Assembly (NCBI RefSeq): GCF_964188315.1
Contig: NC_135667.1
Location: 24,800,001-24,864,000, forward strand
Origin: Podarcis muralis
Lineage: Eukaryota
Direction: 5' to 3'
Length of the DNA: 64,000 nucleotides
This document shows, in pieces, positions 59,625 to 64,000 of this stretch. Each line of letters opens with the position of its first letter. The stretch's first letter is position 1. A model generated the notes under the pieces. It was not told where the DNA came from. It searched no databases and saw only the letters and a list, made by a program, of their open reading frames with translations. Position numbers and translations under genes: made by a program.

Positions 59625-60138
59625 GATGTGCTATGACAAAACTGGCTGTATCTTAAGATGGCAGTAAAAAGAACCACACAGGAGCAAAGCGACTATTATC
59701 TTCTTTCCAGGAGGTTGCACATTTGTGAAGTCTCACTAAGATAAGATTCGGCTTAGCGTGTCATGGAAACCAGGTCATTCATTGGGTATTCTACATGCAT
59801 TCTATATAGTTTTCAAGAGAGACCACAAAGCAAGCAGGATTTCACATTCTGCACAATACACTATAGTAATATTGCCGCACATTTGTGCATTCTCACTGTT
59901 ATAAGCAAAAAGCAGAGACTCAGTTTTGAGGTGATCATGCAGGGAATCCATGCTTAAGACACAATAAAAAAAGTAATTGGTTTGTGCTCTGCCTGCCAAA
60001 CCAGCAGGAAATAGATACACTCCAGTACTTAGAAAGGGGAGTAAAGGGCTTGTAGTTAGATGAGTTGTCTTTTATCTATCTCTCTGACCTTGAAGAAGAG
60101 AATTGTGGATTGGTGAGAAATTCCCCATTAAGGGCTGC

Positions 60139-60424
60139 TGTCATGGATCTGGAGCCTCTGACCAGACAGGCACCTTGTGAATGGAGCTTTGAACCCAAAT
60201 GAATGATGTTTTGGTAATGTGCAGCGAAGACACTTTGTCCTTGCCTCATGGTGAGGCAAGGCTCAGGTGTGTGTGTGTGTGTGTGTGTGTGTCAGCCTCT
60301 CCCATCCAATTTCCCTGTAACAGTCTGTTCGATTGATCAATCCTGGTTTTTGTGTGGCCTCATTCCTCAATGTTGTTGAATAAAGGGACTTAGGGAGCGC
60401 TGGGTGGATATTTTCCTCACAACA
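60139..60424 (+). mobile_element. Possible short solo LTR containing a (GT)n tract
   Basis: TGTCA...CAACA termini, AATAAA near 60379, (GT)n at about 60267-60291; no TSD. Confidence 0.45.
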
Positions 60425-62106
60425 TCACTAAGCTAAGGTTTGGCTTAGTGTGTCATACAAACCACAGGCCATTTTGTAAGCTAAGTGCAGTCTATATAAG
60501 CTTTATGAGGCACCATCTACCAAGCAGAATGTCCTATTCTCCACAATACACTATAGTAGTATTTTCTTCATTCAGCTTTTAAAACAACTACCCAGGCAAT
60601 TACTAAAATTAAAAATATGTAAATAACTTACTCTTTTTTTTAACAGAAAGTAAATTTCCAGATGAAATTTATTTACCACTTCAGGGTCCTTTGTATTCTT
60701 CCAGCCATTCATAAAACTTGTTCCTTTCTTCTTCTTTTTTTAGTTCACCTCTCTTTTTGAGGTGGAAATAAGTTCACCTCTTCTTTCTGAGACAGTGGAA
60801 ATATTTGTGTACTCTTGCAGAATGATGCTTTTACTATGTAGTGGGAAATTATTCTTATAATATTTATATTCCTGGGAGTATGGTCTCAGAACCCCAACAT
60901 AAACAATTGTGTTCTTGGAAGCTTGGACTCAGGAGCTCAACACAAAACAACAGTAGCATTTCTTGAGACTTGGTCCCAGGAGTCTGACACAGATGATCAA
61001 TTGAGGTTCCTAAATAAATGTTAATTTTCTGGCCCTTTACTTCTGATAATAGTTCTGTATAGTTAAAGGAGAATAATTAAAAAGAAGAAGAAGCCAACAT
61101 GATCACTAAGTTCTTCTCAACCACTGCTTCAAATGCATTTAATTCATTAAAAGGTTTAAAAGCTAAGCGTGATATCATTCATATAAATGAATGGCATGTG
61201 GTTGAGGTTAGTGGCCTTTCCTGACAAATCCACTAAATCTAATGGCACACCTAGGCATATCATGCAATCAGACAAACAAAATTGTGAATGGTACATCTAA
61301 GCTGGAGGAATGCAAGATGCCCATGTAACACAGGATATATTTTGAATCCGCATATCTAAATTTATCTGGAAGTTGTAACTGGGCACAACATCTCAGTAGT
61401 TCAGTAGTTCCCTATGATTATAGTGTTACTGTGGTTGTGTGCCACCCCCAATCTCTGGCTGAGCAGTAACAATACTCCAGAGGGTTCTAGACACTCACCC
61501 AGAGTCTGTGTTCCTTTGCAGAAAATGAGGCACAATTGAGTCTCTAATGTCTTTATGATATTTATTTTATTTTATACATATATAAAACCTTTAGCCTTCA
61601 ATGGAGTGGCACACAGCAGCAGCACCCCATAACATGCAAGCTTAATCTATGGCAGCATCACCAGAATCCATGTCTTCTGCAGCCTATCTTGTAAGGCACA
61701 TTCAAGATGTTGTCATTTCCCACTTCTTACTTACAGTTCACCTAAGTTCTGGTCTCATTTTGTAACACAGGAGAAGGTCTCTCCTTTGGCATCCTAGAGT
61801 TTATTAACTCAAAAATGTCTAGCATTTCACACTTATTCACACTTTGCCCTTTGATGCTTTGAACTGCTAAAGAATAATGCCTTCCAGGTGTTCACCTTAC
61901 ACAAAAATTAGTCTACTATATAACCCATGAAGTGTGTCCACTTAACCAGCTTTACATGTGTTTAATACGGAGGCTTACCAGAGAGTCCACTATACTTCTT
62001 CCTAGTCCTAATACACTAAGAACTGGCCGTTTTCAGGTTGTAAATCCTAATATTTACTGAACCTAAGCATTGGTACCACAGATCTAGAACAATACTTAGA
62101 GAGATT

Positions 62107-63078
62107 TCACCTTTTCAGAATAAGCCAGAAAGAGATATTAACAGAAGCTTGCCTGAAACCAAGTAATTTTGATAATGCATTTTTAATCTCTGTATTTCTC
62201 ATACTGTAGATTATTGGATTGAACATGGGTGGAACAAAAGTATACATCAAAGTTAATGCAAAGTCCAGATCAGATGGAGTTTTAGATGGAGGCCTAAGGT
62301 AAGCAAAACATCCTGTGAAACAAAATACGAAGAAGACAACAAGGTGGGGTATGCAAGTGGAGAAGGCCTTTTTCCTTCCCTGAACAGAAGGAATTTTCAG
62401 GACAACAGTGAAGATGTGTACATAAGTGACAACAATGAAGACAAAGCAGCCAGTCACCATGATTACACTCACCACCAAAACTCCAATTTCTGTTAGGTAT
62501 AAGTTTGAGCAGGCAAGTGTAAGTAAATGTGGGATCTCACAGAAGAACTGATTGACAATGTTTGAACAGAAAGGTGTAGCAAAGGTTGCACTAGTGTGCA
62601 TGACTGCATTAAGAAATCCTGTGACCCACACACCACCAACCATTTGTATACAGGCTGCCCTGTTTATCACCATTTCATATTGGAATGGATTGCAAATGGC
62701 AACATAGCGATCATATGCCATGACTGTAAGCAGGGCGGTATCAGATGATAAAAAGAAAACAAATGAGAGAACCTGAGCAACACATCCAGTATAAGAAATG
62801 TGTCTGGTGTTCATGAGAGAATTGGCTATGGATTTGGGGATAGTGACTGAAACAGCAATTAGGTCCTGTATGGCCAAGTTCATCAGAAAGAAGTACATGG
62901 GAGTGTGAAGGTGATGGTCAAAGGCTACTGCAGAGATAATGAGAAGATTCCCGAATACAGTTGCCAGGTACAATACCAAGAAGAGGAAGAAGTGTAGAAT
63001 CTGCATTTCTCGGATTGCTGAGAACTCCTGGAGTAGAAATTCAGAAACAGAGGATTCATTGCCTATTCTTGCATTCAT
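62107..63078 (-). CDS. OR11: olfactory receptor, family-14-like, 323 aa, intact
   Basis: All OR motifs present; paralog of OR10; acceptor TTTGTTTTTCCAG| at 63100-63099 is followed by AGGCAGCAAGCATTATAGTAAT, resembling OR1. Confidence 0.97.
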   Translation of the reverse strand: MNARIGNESSVSEFLLQEFSAIREMQILHFFLFLVLYLATVFGNLLIISAVAFDHHLHTPMYFFLMNLAIQDLIAVSVTIPKSIANSLMNTRHISYTGCVAQVLSFVFFLSSDTALLTVMAYDRYVAICNPFQYEMVINRAACIQMVGGVWVTGFLNAVMHTSATFATPFCSNIVNQFFCEIPHLLTLACSNLYLTEIGVLVVSVIMVTGCFVFIVVTYVHIFTVVLKIPSVQGRKKAFSTCIPHLVVFFVFCFTGCFAYLRPPSKTPSDLDFALTLMYTFVPPMFNPIIYSMRNTEIKNALSKLLGFRQASVNISFWLILKR

Positions 63079-63462
63079 TACTATAATGCTTGCTGCCTCT
63101 GGAAAAACAAAAACACGACAACAGGAAGTTCAACATCAGTTGTTGTTTTTGAGCTTTATTGGCATAAACATTTAAACACTGCTTTAAATCCTCTTCTGAT
63201 AACAAATATTTAATACTTTGGAAGAGCTTTTGTGAGATATAGAAGGTAAGAGAAGGAAGTAGAGGAAAAAATCTAATAACAAATCTTCATCAAAGCAGGA
63301 GTTAGCTTTTAATTCTTTATCACTCATACACCATTATTTTAAAATAAGAAACTGCTATTTTAAAACTGGATGATGGTGCTGCTCTCAATCTCTGGAAAAT
63401 GAACAATGCCACTGCTGGGGATGTAACACAGGAGTCCTACCACAATCCTTGCCATACTTTCT

Positions 63463-63649
63463 TAGGGTTGCCTTATTTCAAAAAGTAAAAGCCAGAATGT
63501 CACCAAAATTGTTGAGCCAAAAAACCGTGATTTTTCGATTGACTTGTCTAAGATCCAGGACAAAGTGTCGCCTTTCGGAATTCCCCACCCCTCCAGATGT
63601 CAATTCCGCCTTTGAAATCCCAGTAATGTCCAGACATATGGCAGCCCTA
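63463..63649. mobile_element. hAT MITE (187 bp)
   Basis: TIR TAGGGTTGCC / GGCAGCCCTA; only a partial TSD (TACT). Confidence 0.7.
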
Positions 63650-64000
63650 TACTCAGAGGGCAGGTGCCTCTTGCTATCATGTACATGTTTACAAAACGTA
63701 TCTTGAGAGCAAGATTCAGTATCAAAAATGATCTTGATAGTTGCTTCAGTTTTGATACTGAATTACAGCAACACTTAACTCTAGGAAGATGGTTCAAGCT
63801 TTTTGTATTAATTCCCTATGCCTGTCACAACTTGGGTGCTTAACAGCTTGATTCCTAATATAACTGTTTGATCAGTGAGGCCTTTGACTGAGTAACTGGT
63901 AGTGGTTCCATATGACTCAGACACATAGCTGATACTCACCAGCAGACATGCATTCAGTATTCTGGGCTCAATGCTTTGCAACTCCTTCCTAGTTGAGATC

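Overview
Vertebrate genomic DNA from a squamate, most likely a lacertid-type lizard (inferred from Sauria-SINE copies and L2/CR1/RTE/hAT repeat styles). The window is an olfactory receptor (OR) tandem cluster with 11 single-coding-exon class II (gamma, family-14-like) OR loci, numbered OR1-OR11 here from left to right, in orientation + - + + + + + + + - -. Nine have intact ORFs. Two are frameshifted: OR1 by a 35-bp templated duplication and OR10 by a 1-bp deletion. The loci form four duplication groups: OR1/OR2 (inverted), OR3/OR4, OR5-OR9 (about 6.2-kb units) and OR10/OR11. Comparing paralogs reveals a probable non-coding first exon with conserved GT donors and AG acceptors just upstream of each ATG. 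The spacers are packed with hAT and Tc1/mariner MITEs, solo LTRs, SINEs and LINE relics, several with verifiable target-site duplications or empty sites in a sister unit. The most unusual observations are: (1) a decayed fragment of ATP synthase alpha (ATP5F1A) coding sequence just upstream of OR5, whose splice acceptor is also mutated; (2) solo LTRs carrying an acidic-then-basic reading frame in register with their first base; (3) a non-coding element of about 190 bp that recurs five times across two OR subfamilies; (4) a phylogenetically discordant TM5 patch in OR8/OR9; (5) several templated-insertion scars. All identities were judged by eye. No searches were run, and no new biological system is proven here.
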